Positions 36,151 to 49,564 are shown, numbered from the stretch's first letter. The stretch: 64,000 nt of DNA from Patescibacteria group bacterium (GCA_050949525.1 JBMNFW010000001.1:65078-129077); one strand, 5' to 3'. Numbers and translations: made by a program. The notes: generated by a model from the sequence alone, not told the origin.

Positions 36151-36639
36151 ATGGATTTAATTGTTTCAACTTTTCATGTTAATGTAGAATTATTAATCGC
36201 TCAGGCGGTTAACTTTCTAATTATTTTCCTTATTTTGTATTTTTTTGCTTTCAAACCTATTTCTAAAATTATGCAAGAGCGGACTGCTACCATTGAAAAG
36301 AGTTTGGATGATGCTAAAAAAATTGAGGAAAATTTAGCCTCAGCAGAAGCTGAGAGTCAAGCTATTTTAAGTCGAGCCCAAAAAGAATATTCTGAAATTA
36401 TTAATCAGGCTAATAAGTCAGCGGAAGAAAATCGACAAAAATTAATTGCTAAAACTAAAGAGGAGGTGGCTGAAATTATTAAGAAAGAAAAGGAGAATAT
36501 TCAAGCTGAAAAAGAAGCTATGCTTAAAGAGGTTCGAGGTGAAGTAGCTGAGTTAGTAGTTTTAGCTACTGAAAAAATCATTAAAGAAAAGTTAGATAGC
36601 CAAAAGGATCATGAGATTATAAATAACGCTATAAAATAG
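36151..36639 (+). CDS. atpF: ATP synthase Fo subunit b
   Basis: QAVNFLI..KPI..ER N-terminus, coiled coil, operon position. Confidence 0.93.
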   Translation: MDLIVSTFHVNVELLIAQAVNFLIIFLILYFFAFKPISKIMQERTATIEKSLDDAKKIEENLASAEAESQAILSRAQKEYSEIINQANKSAEENRQKLIAKTKEEVAEIIKKEKENIQAEKEAMLKEVRGEVAELVVLATEKIIKEKLDSQKDHEIINNAIK

Positions 36640-36643
36640 TGAT

Positions 36644-37045
36644 ATGAAAAGCCTAGCTAGACAATATGCTCTTAGTCTTTTTAATCTTTTAGAGAGTGAA
36701 TCAAAAGAATCTTGGTCAGCTTTAATTAAAGATTGGACTGATTTATTAATTGAAAATGGTGATTATAAATTGGTTGATGAAATTATTATAGAGTTTTCAA
36801 AAATTTGGGATCAAGAAAAGAAAGAGTTAAAAGCTGTTTTAAGTAGTGCTTATCCCCTTTTAGATGAATCACGTCAATTAGTGATGGAGTATTTAAAGAC
36901 TAAAACTGATTCTAAGATGATTAGTCTTAAAGAGGAGATTGATGAAGATATTTTAGGTGGGGTAGTTTTACGTTATGATGATAAAGTTATTGACGCTAGT
37001 TTAAAAAATAATTTAAATAATTTAAAAAGTAATATAAAAAAATAA
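36644..37045 (+). CDS. atpH: ATP synthase F1 subunit delta, short
   Basis: ARQYA N-terminus; [19 protein letters not shown]. Confidence 0.88.
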   Translation: MKSLARQYALSLFNLLESESKESWSALIKDWTDLLIENGDYKLVDEIIIEFSKIWDQEKKELKAVLSSAYPLLDESRQLVMEYLKTKTDSKMISLKEEIDEDILGGVVLRYDDKVIDASLKNNLNNLKSNIKK

Positions 37046-37049
37046 ATGT

Positions 37050-38576
37050 ATGTCTAATAAAGAACTCATAATTAATCAAATTAAAAAACAGATTAGTGAT
37101 TTTAAGCATGAAATTAAAGAGCAAACTATTGGTCGGGTTTTAAAGATTTCGGATGGTATTGCTTTAGTATCAGGTTTAACTGATGTTATGATGAGCGAAA
37201 TTTTAGTCTTTAAATCTGGTAATAAAGAAATTATGGGAGTAGTTTTAAACCTTGAAGAAGATGTAGTTGGAGCTATTATTTTTGATGATTTTACTATTAT
37301 TAAGGAGGGCGATGAGGTTTTATCAACTAAAAGAGTTTTAGAGGTTCCAGTGGGAGAAAATATTATTGGTCGAGTTCTTAATCCTCTTGGATTACCTTTA
37401 GATGGAGGTGAGGAATTAAGAGCTAAGGAATTTTATCCAGTAGAAAAAATTGCTCCTGGTGTTATTACTCGAGCTCCAGTTAAGGAACCATTACAGACTG
37501 GAATTAAAGCTATTGATGCTATGATTCCAATTGGTCGAGGACAACGAGAATTAATTATTGGTGATCGTCAAATTGGAAAAACTGCTATCGCTATTGATAC
37601 TATTATTAATCAAAAGGGACAGGGGGTTAAATGTATTTATGTTGGAATTGGACAAAAAGAATCAAAAGTAGCTAATATTGTGGCTAAGTTAAAAGATGCC
37701 GGAGCTATGGAATATACTACTGTTATTCTAGCGGGAGCTTCTAGTTCTGCTTCATTATTATATATTGCTCCTTATGCTGGTTGTGCTATGGCCGAATATT
37801 TTCTAGATAAGGGGGAAGATGTTTTAATTATTTATGATGATTTATCTAAACATGCTGCTGCTTATCGAGAATTATCATTGCTTTTGAAGCGAGCTCCAGG
37901 TCGCGAAGCTTATCCTGGAGATGTATTCTATCTTCATTCTCGATTATTAGAAAGAGCTTGTAAATTAAGTGATGATTTTGGTGGGGGGTCAATTACTGCT
38001 TTACCAATTATTGAAACTCAGGCTGGTGATCTTTCTGCTTATATCCCAACTAATGTTATTTCGATTACTGATGGTCAAATTTATTTAGAAACTGATCTTT
38101 TTTATGAGGGAACTCGTCCGGCTATTAATGCTGGTTTATCTGTTTCTCGGGTTGGAAGTAGTGCTCAGATTAAGGCCATGAAAAAGGTAGCGGGAAAAAT
38201 GCGTTTAGAGGCGGCTCAGTTTAGGGAATTAGCTGCTTTTACTCAATTTGGTTCTGACTTAGATGATGAAACTAAGAAAAAATTAGAGCGAGGACGAAGG
38301 TTAATGGAGGTTTTAAAGCAAGGTCAATATGAGCCAATGGAGGTAAGTGAGCAGGTAGTAGTTTTTTATTCCTTAGTTAATGGTTTAATGGATGATGTTC
38401 CAGTGAAAAAGGTGAGAGAATTTGAAAGTACTTTAATACATTATTTTAATAATACTGCGGTTAATGTTTTAGAGGAAATTAGAAAAGCTAAAGATTTAAA
38501 TGAAGATATTGAAGATAAAATTAAAAAGGCGGTTAATACCTTTAAAGAAGGTTTAGATTATTTAATTAAAGATTAA
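37050..38576 (+). CDS. atpA: ATP synthase F1 subunit alpha
   Basis: [28 protein letters not shown]. Confidence 0.98.
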   Translation: MSNKELIINQIKKQISDFKHEIKEQTIGRVLKISDGIALVSGLTDVMMSEILVFKSGNKEIMGVVLNLEEDVVGAIIFDDFTIIKEGDEVLSTKRVLEVPVGENIIGRVLNPLGLPLDGGEELRAKEFYPVEKIAPGVITRAPVKEPLQTGIKAIDAMIPIGRGQRELIIGDRQIGKTAIAIDTIINQKGQGVKCIYVGIGQKESKVANIVAKLKDAGAMEYTTVILAGASSSASLLYIAPYAGCAMAEYFLDKGEDVLIIYDDLSKHAAAYRELSLLLKRAPGREAYPGDVFYLHSRLLERACKLSDDFGGGSITALPIIETQAGDLSAYIPTNVISITDGQIYLETDLFYEGTRPAINAGLSVSRVGSSAQIKAMKKVAGKMRLEAAQFRELAAFTQFGSDLDDETKKKLERGRRLMEVLKQGQYEPMEVSEQVVVFYSLVNGLMDDVPVKKVREFESTLIHYFNNTAVNVLEEIRKAKDLNEDIEDKIKKAVNTFKEGLDYLIKD

Positions 38577-38584
38577 TTTTTCTT

Positions 38585-39541
38585 ATGGCTAAAACCAAGG
38601 AAATACAACGAAGAATTAAATCGGTTAACAGTATTAAAAAGGTTACCCGAGCTATGGAGATGGTCGCAGCTTCTAAGATGAGACGCTCAGTCGAAGCTGT
38701 TTTAAAGACTCGAACTTATTCTAATTTAGCTTGGTTAACTGTTTTAAATATTGCTGGCTCTATTGAATCTAAAGAGGGTATTCATCCTTTATTAGATCCG
38801 CGTCCTCAGGCTAAGAAGGTGGCTATCATTTTAATTAGCTCTAATCGAGGTTTATGTGGTAGTTTTAATTCTAATATTATAAATAAGGCGGTTGATTCAA
38901 TAAAAAAACAAGGAAATTTAGATACCGATTTTATTTTAATTGGAAAAAAGGGCTTAGCAGTTAATAGTCGTTTCCAATATAATGTTTCAGCTGAATTTGA
39001 TAAGGAGGATTTTATTTCTGAAATTAAGGAGGTTCAGCCTATTGCTAAAATGGTTATTGATGATTTTTTAGCTAAGAAATATGATAAGGTTATGGTAGCC
39101 TATACTGACTTTATTAATTCAGTTAAACAAGTTCCTCGAGTTAAGCAATTATTACCAATAGAAATTGATTCTGATGATGAATATTTAGGTGTAGTTGGAA
39201 AAGGAGAGAATGTTTCTACTACTAAAACCTATATTAAATCTAAAGAAGATAAATATTTAAAAAGTGATAAATATCAATATGAATTTATTTATGAACCATC
39301 TCCTGATTTAGTTTTGGATCAAATGTTGCCACGATTGATTGAGGTTCAATTATTTCAAGCTTTATTAGAGTCTAATGCTTCTGAGCATAGTGTTAGAATG
39401 ACTTCTATGCATCAGGCTAGTGAAGCTGCGACTGAGTTGGTGGATGAATTGGTGCTTTATTATAATAAAGCACGTCAAGCAGCTATTACTTCGGAGATTT
39501 CCGAAATATCAGCTGGAGCTAATGCTTTAAATTCTAAGTAG
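38585..39541 (+). CDS. atpG: ATP synthase F1 subunit gamma
   Basis: KVTRAMEMVAASK, NRGLCGSFN, YNKARQAAITSEISEI. Confidence 0.97.
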   Translation: MAKTKEIQRRIKSVNSIKKVTRAMEMVAASKMRRSVEAVLKTRTYSNLAWLTVLNIAGSIESKEGIHPLLDPRPQAKKVAIILISSNRGLCGSFNSNIINKAVDSIKKQGNLDTDFILIGKKGLAVNSRFQYNVSAEFDKEDFISEIKEVQPIAKMVIDDFLAKKYDKVMVAYTDFINSVKQVPRVKQLLPIEIDSDDEYLGVVGKGENVSTTKTYIKSKEDKYLKSDKYQYEFIYEPSPDLVLDQMLPRLIEVQLFQALLESNASEHSVRMTSMHQASEAATELVDELVLYYNKARQAAITSEISEISAGANALNSK

Positions 39542-39564
39542 TTTATAATATAATTTAAATATAA

Positions 39565-40962
<1,398 letters not shown>

Positions 40963-40975
40963 ATAAAGATTTAAT

Positions 40976-41413
40976 ATGTCAGAAGAAAAAATGATAAATT
41001 TTGAAATAGCTACTCCGGAAAGAGTTGTGTTTCGAGAGCAGGTTCGACAAGTTTCTGTTCCAACTTTGGATGGGGAAATAACTGTTTTACCACATCATTT
41101 ACCTTTGGTTTCAATTTTAAGTCCAGGGGTTTTGGAGTTAAAAAAAGCTGACAATTCTCTTGAAGTTATTTCTGTTTCTGGGGGATTTATTGAAGTGCTT
41201 CAAGATAAAGTTATTATTCTAGCTGATACCGCGGAAAGAGCTGAAGAGATTGACTTAGCTCGAGCTGAAGAATCTCGTAAGAGAGCTGAAGAATCACTTA
41301 GTAAGTTAAAAGATACCGATTCACTTGAGTTTAGTCGTTTGGCTTCTCAAATCGAAAAAGAGTTGGCTAGAAGTCGTTCGGTACGTAAGTGGCGTAATTT
41401 AAAAGGAAAATAA
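40976..41413 (+). CDS. atpC: ATP synthase F1 subunit epsilon
   Basis: EIATPE, GEITVLPHH, VSGGFIEV, ILADTAERAEEID. Confidence 0.95.
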   Translation: MSEEKMINFEIATPERVVFREQVRQVSVPTLDGEITVLPHHLPLVSILSPGVLELKKADNSLEVISVSGGFIEVLQDKVIILADTAERAEEIDLARAEESRKRAEESLSKLKDTDSLEFSRLASQIEKELARSRSVRKWRNLKGK

Positions 41414-41415
41414 AT

Positions 41416-41874
41416 ATGAGAAGAAAATATTTTTTAACAATATCTTTAATATTAGGGTTAATATTAACTCTTTCAGCTTGTTCCAAGAATCAAGTCGAAG
41501 AAATAATACCAGAAAGTGAAATAACTTCTTGTACTAGCCCTAGTGAGAAGGGCTGTGAGACTTGTTTAAGAGCTCATGAAGATGGATTTTGTGTTGAGTT
41601 ATCTTGGTCTGGGGGTGAAAATACCGAAATTGATCCTTGGTATAATGTTAATTCAGTTGTTTCTTGTGATTCTGATTTAATTCCTTGCGATAGTTGTTTA
41701 AAGAGAGATCAAGAAGATTTACAAGCTCTTTTAAGTAATACTAATTTTCAAGAATGTAATTGTGATAATATTATTTTAAAAGATTTGATCGATCCTTGTT
41801 TTATGCCGAGTAGTTGTGAGTGTTTGTGTCAGCGTTTTGATCATTTAAATAACGCTTGTCCTGATAATAATTAA
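41416..41874 (+). CDS. Cys-rich predicted lipoprotein
   Basis: Signal peptide with lipobox LSAC; 14 further Cys in about 130 aa. Confidence 0.7.
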   Translation: MRRKYFLTISLILGLILTLSACSKNQVEEIIPESEITSCTSPSEKGCETCLRAHEDGFCVELSWSGGENTEIDPWYNVNSVVSCDSDLIPCDSCLKRDQEDLQALLSNTNFQECNCDNIILKDLIDPCFMPSSCECLCQRFDHLNNACPDNN

Positions 41875-41890
41875 ATAAATTTATATATAT

Positions 41891-41920
41891 AAAAAAACCT
41901 CCAAGATAGGAGGTTTTTTT
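41891..41920. terminator. Bidirectional intrinsic terminator
   Basis: AAAAAAACCTCC-aagata-GGAGGTTTTTTT between the atp operon end and convergent tRNA-Cys. Confidence 0.88.
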
Positions 41921-41923
41921 GTT

Positions 41924-42000
41924 TGGAGGTCCGAGTGGGATTCGAACCCACGAATAACAGTTTTGCAAACTGCAGTGTTAGACCGCTTCACCATCGGACC
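41924..42000 (-). tRNA. tRNA-Cys(GCA)
   Basis: Reverse complement folds as a cloverleaf: acceptor GGTCCGA/TCGGACC, anticodon loop TTGCAAA, T-arm GTGGG-TTCGAAT-CCCAC, U73 discriminator, encoded CCA. Confidence 0.96.
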
Positions 42001-42095
42001 ATTAATACTATAATAATATATATTAAAAAAAAATGCTATATTGACAGTATTAATCTATTATAGCATACTGAAGATAGTTCTTTAAAAATGAAAAT

Positions 42096-42632
42096 ATGAT
42101 ATGGATAACAATAACTTTAATAATTTTAAATAAATTATTAGGGGAAAAAAGACAAAAAAATATTAATGAAACCTTAAGTGCACCGAGGTTTCAAAAATTA
42201 AGAATTAAGAACCCTAAAAGGGTTCCAGCTCCTCAAGAAATTTTTTCTTGGATAGATTTAAAGTTCCAAGATTGGGATTGGCAAGAAGATTTTTTTATAA
42301 TCTATGAGGAGTATTATAAAGTTTATAATCTCAAACATGTGGCTCGAGCTCATGAGATGGTTGAGTCACTAAAGGAAGGGGACTTAAGGTCTTTAAGCTT
42401 AAGTCCAGCGGAATTCTTAATTTTCTGCCAAAAATATCTTAAATATATTAGGCAGAAAAGTTTTGGAGTCTTTTTCTTAGTGGAAAAAGACAGTGAACTA
42501 TATTTTATTTTAGTTGAAACTAGCTCCAAGGATCCAGCTATAATTCTATATCCATACGATTATTTTAATCGTTGGAACCATAGGTATGGATATAGACTGG
42601 TTCTTAGAGATCCAATCTCCTTGAAAAAATAG
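42096..42632 (+). CDS. Hypothetical protein, possibly C-type-lectin-like
   Basis: 178-aa ORF with its own promoter (TTGACA 42041, 17 bp, CATACT) and terminator; C-terminal W....GYRLVL. Confidence 0.6.
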   Translation: MIWITITLIILNKLLGEKRQKNINETLSAPRFQKLRIKNPKRVPAPQEIFSWIDLKFQDWDWQEDFFIIYEEYYKVYNLKHVARAHEMVESLKEGDLRSLSLSPAEFLIFCQKYLKYIRQKSFGVFFLVEKDSELYFILVETSSKDPAIILYPYDYFNRWNHRYGYRLVLRDPISLKK

Positions 42633-42649
42633 GAGATTTTTTATTTTTT
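42614..42649 (+). terminator. Intrinsic terminator
   Basis: AATCTCCT-N9-AGGAGATT followed by a T-tract. Confidence 0.7.
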
Positions 42650-42666
42650 AACTTAATTTACCTATC

Positions 42667-42694
42667 TTGACACTATTTTCTCTTGTGCTAAAAT
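42667..42694 (+). promoter_or_regulatory. groESL promoter
   Basis: TTGACA-16-TAAAAT with TG extension. Confidence 0.65.
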
Positions 42695-42699
42695 ACTTA

Positions 42700-42726
42700 T
42701 TAGCAGTCAGGTGTCTTGATTGCTAA
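42700..42726 (+). promoter_or_regulatory. CIRCE (HrcA operator) upstream of groES
   Basis: TTAGCAGTC-N9-GATTGCTAA, two mismatches to consensus. Confidence 0.88.
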
Positions 42727-42799
42727 AGTAATTATTAATATTTAAGAGCTGAGTTATTAAATTATTTATAATAATTAATAATGGAGGCTATATTTTTTT

Positions 42800-43090
42800 A
42801 TGAAGTTAAGACCTTTAAACAATCATCTTATTGTTAAGGCTTCTTCTAAGGAGGAAGTTAGTAAATCTGGTATAGTTTTACCTGATACCATTGATCAAGA
42901 AAGGCCAGCTCAAGGAGAAGTTATTGCTGTTGGTCCCGGTAAGATGAATGATCAAGGACAACGAATTGAAATGACTGTTAAAGTCGGTGATCAAGTTGTT
43001 TTTAAAAAATATTCACCTGATGATATTAAAGTTGATGGTGAGGAATACTTAGTAATTAGCGAAAATGATGTTTTGGCAATTATTGAGTAA
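42800..43090 (+). CDS. groES: Co-chaperonin GroES
   Basis: SKSGIVLPD, GEVIAVGPG, VKVGDQV, ENDVLAII. Confidence 0.97.
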   Translation: MKLRPLNNHLIVKASSKEEVSKSGIVLPDTIDQERPAQGEVIAVGPGKMNDQGQRIEMTVKVGDQVVFKKYSPDDIKVDGEEYLVISENDVLAIIE

Positions 43091-43097
43091 TTTATAA

Positions 43098-44750
<1,653 letters not shown>

Positions 44751-44761
44751 AAAGATTATTT

Positions 44762-44790
44762 AAAGAACCGCTTCAAGCGGTTCTTTTTTT
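44762..44790 (+). terminator. Intrinsic terminator after groEL
   Basis: AAAGAACCGCT-tca-AGCGGTTCTTTTTTT. Confidence 0.9.
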
Positions 44791-44792
44791 AA

Positions 44793-44821
44793 TTGCTAAG
44801 AATCTTTTTTTTTGTTAAAAT
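44793..44821 (+). promoter_or_regulatory. sigma70-type promoter
   Basis: TTGCTA-17-TAAAAT with TG extension. Confidence 0.55.
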
Positions 44822-44853
44822 GTTAGTATTATAATTAATTTTTTTAAAACTTT

Positions 44854-45804
44854 ATGTTTTGGCAAGTTGTTATTTTAATTGTTTCTTTAGTAGTTTTAGC
44901 GGTTTCAGCTAACTATTTAGTTAATGCCAGTATTAAGATTGCTCGTAAATGGGGGGTTTCCGAGATGTTTATTGGTTTAACTATCGTAGCTATGGGAACC
45001 TCGGCTCCTGAATTAGCGGTTTCAGCCTTTGCTGCTTTAAAAGGGCAAGGAGATTTATCGGTTGGAAATGTGATTGGCTCTAATATTTTTAATCTGGGAT
45101 TTATTTTAGGGATAGTAGCTATTATTACTCCTCAAATTATTCCTAAAAAAATGGTACGTCGTGATGGTATGGTTTTATTAGGGGTGACAGCTTTGATTTT
45201 TTTATTTATGTTAGATGGAAAAGTTGTTTTATGGGAAGGATTAGTCTTATTAGCGGCTTTAGTTAGTTATTTATCACTTCTTTTTATTAAAAAAGATGTT
45301 GAGACTGAGGAGGATAATGGTGAAAAGGCTAAACCAAAAGATTATTTAATTTTTTTAGTTAGTTTATTTTTCTTAATTAAGGCTTCTGATTTTACAGTTT
45401 CATCGGCTACTTATATCGCTAAGTATTTTGGTGTTTCCGCTTGGGCTATTGGAGCCACTATCGTAGCTGCTGGTACTAGTTTACCAGAATTAGCTACTTC
45501 AATTATTGCGACTTTAAAAAAGAAATTTGGTTTATCAATTGGTAATGTGATTGGTTCAGATATTTTTAATACCTTTGGTATAATTGGTATTAGTAGTGTG
45601 ATAGCTCCGATTAGTCTTAGTACCGAAGGAGTTATTTTAGGTATGTCAGCCCCTCTGTTTTCAGTAATATTATTAATGGCGACTTTAGTTTTGTTATTAA
45701 TTTTTATGCGAACCGGTTGGAAGCTTAGTCGACGAGAAGGGGCTGCGATATTAATAATTGCGATTTTAAGAATGGCTTTTGAAATTTATATTGGTAAAAG
45801 CTAA
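44854..45804 (+). CDS. Ca2+/cation antiporter (YrbG-like)
   Basis: Two alpha repeats, GTSAPEL..GNVIGSNIFN and GTSLPEL..GNVIGSDIFN. Confidence 0.92.
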   Translation: MFWQVVILIVSLVVLAVSANYLVNASIKIARKWGVSEMFIGLTIVAMGTSAPELAVSAFAALKGQGDLSVGNVIGSNIFNLGFILGIVAIITPQIIPKKMVRRDGMVLLGVTALIFLFMLDGKVVLWEGLVLLAALVSYLSLLFIKKDVETEEDNGEKAKPKDYLIFLVSLFFLIKASDFTVSSATYIAKYFGVSAWAIGATIVAAGTSLPELATSIIATLKKKFGLSIGNVIGSDIFNTFGIIGISSVIAPISLSTEGVILGMSAPLFSVILLMATLVLLLIFMRTGWKLSRREGAAILIIAILRMAFEIYIGKS

Positions 45805-45813
45805 TATTTTATT

Positions 45814-46248
45814 ATGAATAAGCAAGATAAAATTGTCGTAGCTGTTAGTGGGTATTTTAATCCTCTTCATGTGGGTCATTTAGAGATGATTGAGAAAGCT
45901 AAAAAGCTCGGTGATTATTTAGTAGTGATTATTAACAATGATAATCAAGTTAAGATTAAGGGTAGTGTTCCTTTTATGTCAGAAGATGATCGAGTTAAAA
46001 TCATTTCAGCCCTAAGAGATGTGGATGAGGTTTTTTTATCAATTGATCAAGACTCAACAGTTTGTCAATCTTTAGCTCAAGTTAAACCTCATATTTTTGC
46101 TAATGGCGGAGATCGAAAAAATCTTAATGATGTTCCTGAATATGATATTTGTCAGGATTTAAATATTAAAATGGTGGATGGACTAGGGGATAAAATTCGT
46201 TCTAGCTCTACCTTAATTGCTAATGCCTCAATTACTAAAAAAGAGTAA
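45814..46248 (+). CDS. Cytidylyltransferase-like nucleotidyltransferase (TagD/RibL/RfaE-like)
   Basis: SGYFNPLHVGH, FANGGDR, KIRSSS. Confidence 0.85.
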   Translation: MNKQDKIVVAVSGYFNPLHVGHLEMIEKAKKLGDYLVVIINNDNQVKIKGSVPFMSEDDRVKIISALRDVDEVFLSIDQDSTVCQSLAQVKPHIFANGGDRKNLNDVPEYDICQDLNIKMVDGLGDKIRSSSTLIANASITKKE

Positions 46249-47245
46249 TTTTAAAGTTTTATTTTTTTTACTTTTGTTGATAATTATAATTTTTATTGGT
46301 GTTTATAATACAAAGGTTAAAAAGAGTGTGGGTGGTAATGTAGAAAAAACTTTCTCGGTGGCGAATGGTCAGAATGCTACTCAAATTGCTCAAAATTTAA
46401 AAAAGGAAGGTTTAATTAATTCGACTTTCTTTTTTACACTTTATGTTGGTATAAATAAAAAGAGCGCTTCTTTTCAGGTGGGAGATTTTGATTTGAATAG
46501 TAGTATGAGTATAAAAGAGATTGTTCGAGATTTAACTGAAAAAAATATTTTAAAACCTGAAGAAAAAATTACTTTCATCGAAGGTTGGTCTTTAAAGGAT
46601 TATGATAAAGCTTTAAAGCAAAGTCGTTTATTAAATGTTGATAATTTTTTAGAATTAACTAAAAAAGATTATTCTAAACAGTTTTCTTTTTTAGCTGATA
46701 AGCCTTTATCTCATGATTTAGAAGGTTATCTTTTTCCGGATACTTATCGTTTTTTCTTAGATATTGAGGGTCAAGATTTAATTTTAAAAATTTTAAGTAA
46801 TTTTGATAAAAAACTTGATTCTCAAATGCGAGCTGATATTAAAGCTCAAGGAAAAACTATTTTCGAGATTGTTACTATGGCGTCTATTATTGAAAAAGAA
46901 GTTCGAAGTGAAAAAGATATGAAAATAGTGTCTGGTATTTTTTGGAATCGAATAAAAAATGGTCAAGCTTTAGAATCTTGTGCTAGTTTAGCTTATATAT
47001 TAGGTGTTAATAAGAGTCAGTATAGTTATGAAGATACTAGAGTTGATTCACCTTATAATACTTATCTTCATCGCGGTTTACCTCCAGGGCCAATTGCTAA
47101 CCCAGGACTTAAAGCTATTGAAGCTGCTATTTATCCACAAGAAACCAATTATAATTATTTTTTAACGGCCACTGAGAGTGGAAAAACCATTTTTAATGAA
47201 AGTTACGAACAACATTTAATTGATAAAAATAAATATATAAAATAA
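46223..47245 (+). CDS. mltG: Endolytic transglycosylase MltG; start uncertain (46217 or 46223)
   Basis: N-terminal TM, EGYLFPDTY, ASIIEKE, SPYNTY..GLPPGPIANPG. Confidence 0.93.
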   Translation: MPQLLKKSNFKVLFFLLLLIIIIFIGVYNTKVKKSVGGNVEKTFSVANGQNATQIAQNLKKEGLINSTFFFTLYVGINKKSASFQVGDFDLNSSMSIKEIVRDLTEKNILKPEEKITFIEGWSLKDYDKALKQSRLLNVDNFLELTKKDYSKQFSFLADKPLSHDLEGYLFPDTYRFFLDIEGQDLILKILSNFDKKLDSQMRADIKAQGKTIFEIVTMASIIEKEVRSEKDMKIVSGIFWNRIKNGQALESCASLAYILGVNKSQYSYEDTRVDSPYNTYLHRGLPPGPIANPGLKAIEAAIYPQETNYNYFLTATESGKTIFNESYEQHLIDKNKYIK

Positions 47246-47251
47246 AAAACT

Positions 47252-49564
47252 ATGTCCGAGAATTTAAAAAAAGTTATTATTATTATCGTCTTTTTTATTA
47301 TCGTAGCTGGACTACCTTTGTTTTTTATTTTAAGAAAAAAAACCCCCAGCACTCCTAAGGCTGAAAATACAGCTCCGCCGGTGGAGCAGATGGAGGCTCC
47401 GGTTAATCCTTTAGAGTCCCTAATCGATTCTTCTCGCTTAATTGGCGGTTTACCTAGTAGTGATGAAAGAATTGAAGCTCTTTTCTTAGAGGGCGATGAG
47501 GATCATTTAATTGAATATATTTCTTTTTTGGATTTTTATAAAGAGCAACAAGATGATTTTGATTTGAATATTCCTTCTTATCAATTGCCTTTAAATGTTA
47601 AAACTGAGGTTTTAAATTATTATGATATTTCTCGAAAAATAAATTTAGATCCATATTTGGATCAGTTAAATAATGAGGGCTTTGCTTTGGTTAATAATCC
47701 CTTTGATTCGGGTAATTTTTATGATATTTATGCTGAATTATATCAAAGAGAGATTCCTTTATTAATTACTTCTGATTTTTTAATATATTACTATCAAACG
47801 ACTCTTAAAAAAGTTTTTAAAGATTTAGAGGAACATATTTTTTATGATAATCTTTGGGCTATTAATTATTTTTTATATAATCAAGCTCGAGAAAGATATG
47901 AGGAAAGTTTAGCTAGAATTGGACATGTTAATGATCGGGTATTGGAAGCGGAACGATTGTCAGCGGCCTATTTTGCTGTTTCTTTAGAGCTTTTAAAACC
48001 TCGGCCTGATCAGATTAATTCTGATAATAATATTGCTAACACAGCCTTTTTCTCCCCTTTTGAAGTTAGTAATTATACATTTGTACTTCCTGATTATTTA
48101 AAGGTTGATGTTGAGAGAGAGTTAGATTTAATTAAAGAAGCTCGACAGATGACCAAGTCGCCAGTTTTACTTTATCAGAGAAATTATCAAGATTTTAAAG
48201 TTCCTAATGAGTATAAATTTCATGCTAAGCTTTATAATTTTTATTTAACTACTAAATGGTTATCATCTAATTTTCCTTTATATTATCAGGGGGAGGATTG
48301 TCCTTCTTGTCAGTTGGATTTTGATGATTGGAGAATTAGTTTAATCACTGCTACTCGTATTGCTCAGGATATTTTTGATAGTTATCCGATCAAGAATAAA
48401 TGGGCGAGAATTTATAAAACACTAGCTTTTTTTAAGGGTTTGCGAGGGGATTTGACTTATGTTCATTATCGCGATGCTTTAGTATCATTATTTGGTGATG
48501 ATTATAATATTTCTGAAATTTTTGCTGATCAAAATCCGGAGGCTATTAATAATATGAGGCAGTTTAGGGATAAAGTTTTATCTTATGAATTCTCGGAGAT
48601 TGAGGGAGGTTTAAAGAAAGATTCTCGTAATCGAGATAAATTAGGAGTAAAAATGTTAACTGAGTTTTATTGGCCCAACGATTATATTTTTAGTAAGTTA
48701 TCTTATCCTCAGGTTTTAGCTTATCAGGGAGGAAGTCCAAGTAAAAGCAATATTACTTCTTGTCGTCTAGGTCGAAGTGGCGATAATCTTAGATGTAATG
48801 GTTTTTCTTTAGATATTATTGCTTTAATTAATCAAGATAGTCTCCTGAATAATGAATATTTTTTAGAAAATTCTAATTATGATCAATATCAATCTAGTTT
48901 AGATAAATTAAAGGAGGGATTATTTAAGTCATCTAACTTGTGGCATTATAATAATTATTGGAAGACTTTAAGTTTGATTAAAAATTATTTAACCGATCAG
49001 TATACTGATTTGCCGTTTACTAAAAATTTATCTTGGCCTAAGAAAGAGCTTCATACTGCTATTGGGGCTTGGATTGATTTACAATTAGCTCCTGATCAAT
49101 TAAAGGTATTTTTAAAGAACCATAAATTTTTAGCTCCGGATAGTGAGACTAATTTCGTCAATTTTAATTATATTGATCCACAGATTGCTTTGATTAATGA
49201 GCAGATCTCTAATACCGAAATGATTATTGAAATGTTTAATTTATTAAAAATATCAGAAGAATTGCGAACAGTAGCTATGAGCTTAGAGGATCTTCGATCT
49301 AATTTATCTAGGGTTAAGGAGATTATGGTTAAGGAATTACAGTCTATTCCTCTAAGTGTGAATGATTTGAATTTTATAAATTCTTTAGCTTTAGAATATC
49401 GCTTAGATCAAGCTGAAAATAAGGTTTTAAAAATTTTTGGAGAAAATAATAGATCTTTAAGTTATGATTTAGGAAAACCTAAATTAGTTGTGGTAATCAC
49501 CGGAAATGATGAAAAAAGAAGCTTTGCAGTTGGTCCAGCTTTCTCTTATATAGAGAGGAAGTAG
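47252..49564 (+). CDS. Membrane-anchored DUF3160-like protein, divergent
   Basis: N-terminal TM; LITSDFL, TAIGAW, NYIDP and GPAFSYIE resemble DUF3160 motifs. Confidence 0.6.
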   Translation: MSENLKKVIIIIVFFIIVAGLPLFFILRKKTPSTPKAENTAPPVEQMEAPVNPLESLIDSSRLIGGLPSSDERIEALFLEGDEDHLIEYISFLDFYKEQQDDFDLNIPSYQLPLNVKTEVLNYYDISRKINLDPYLDQLNNEGFALVNNPFDSGNFYDIYAELYQREIPLLITSDFLIYYYQTTLKKVFKDLEEHIFYDNLWAINYFLYNQARERYEESLARIGHVNDRVLEAERLSAAYFAVSLELLKPRPDQINSDNNIANTAFFSPFEVSNYTFVLPDYLKVDVERELDLIKEARQMTKSPVLLYQRNYQDFKVPNEYKFHAKLYNFYLTTKWLSSNFPLYYQGEDCPSCQLDFDDWRISLITATRIAQDIFDSYPIKNKWARIYKTLAFFKGLRGDLTYVHYRDALVSLFGDDYNISEIFADQNPEAINNMRQFRDKVLSYEFSEIEGGLKKDSRNRDKLGVKMLTEFYWPNDYIFSKLSYPQVLAYQGGSPSKSNITSCRLGRSGDNLRCNGFSLDIIALINQDSLLNNEYFLENSNYDQYQSSLDKLKEGLFKSSNLWHYNNYWKTLSLIKNYLTDQYTDLPFTKNLSWPKKELHTAIGAWIDLQLAPDQLKVFLKNHKFLAPDSETNFVNFNYIDPQIALINEQISNTEMIIEMFNLLKISEELRTVAMSLEDLRSNLSRVKEIMVKELQSIPLSVNDLNFINSLALEYRLDQAENKVLKIFGENNRSLSYDLGKPKLVVVITGNDEKRSFAVGPAFSYIERK

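Noticed and set aside
41416-42649. Integrated element at tRNA-Cys
   Set aside because: Orphan genes flank the tRNA, but no integrase or duplicated tRNA 3' end was seen.
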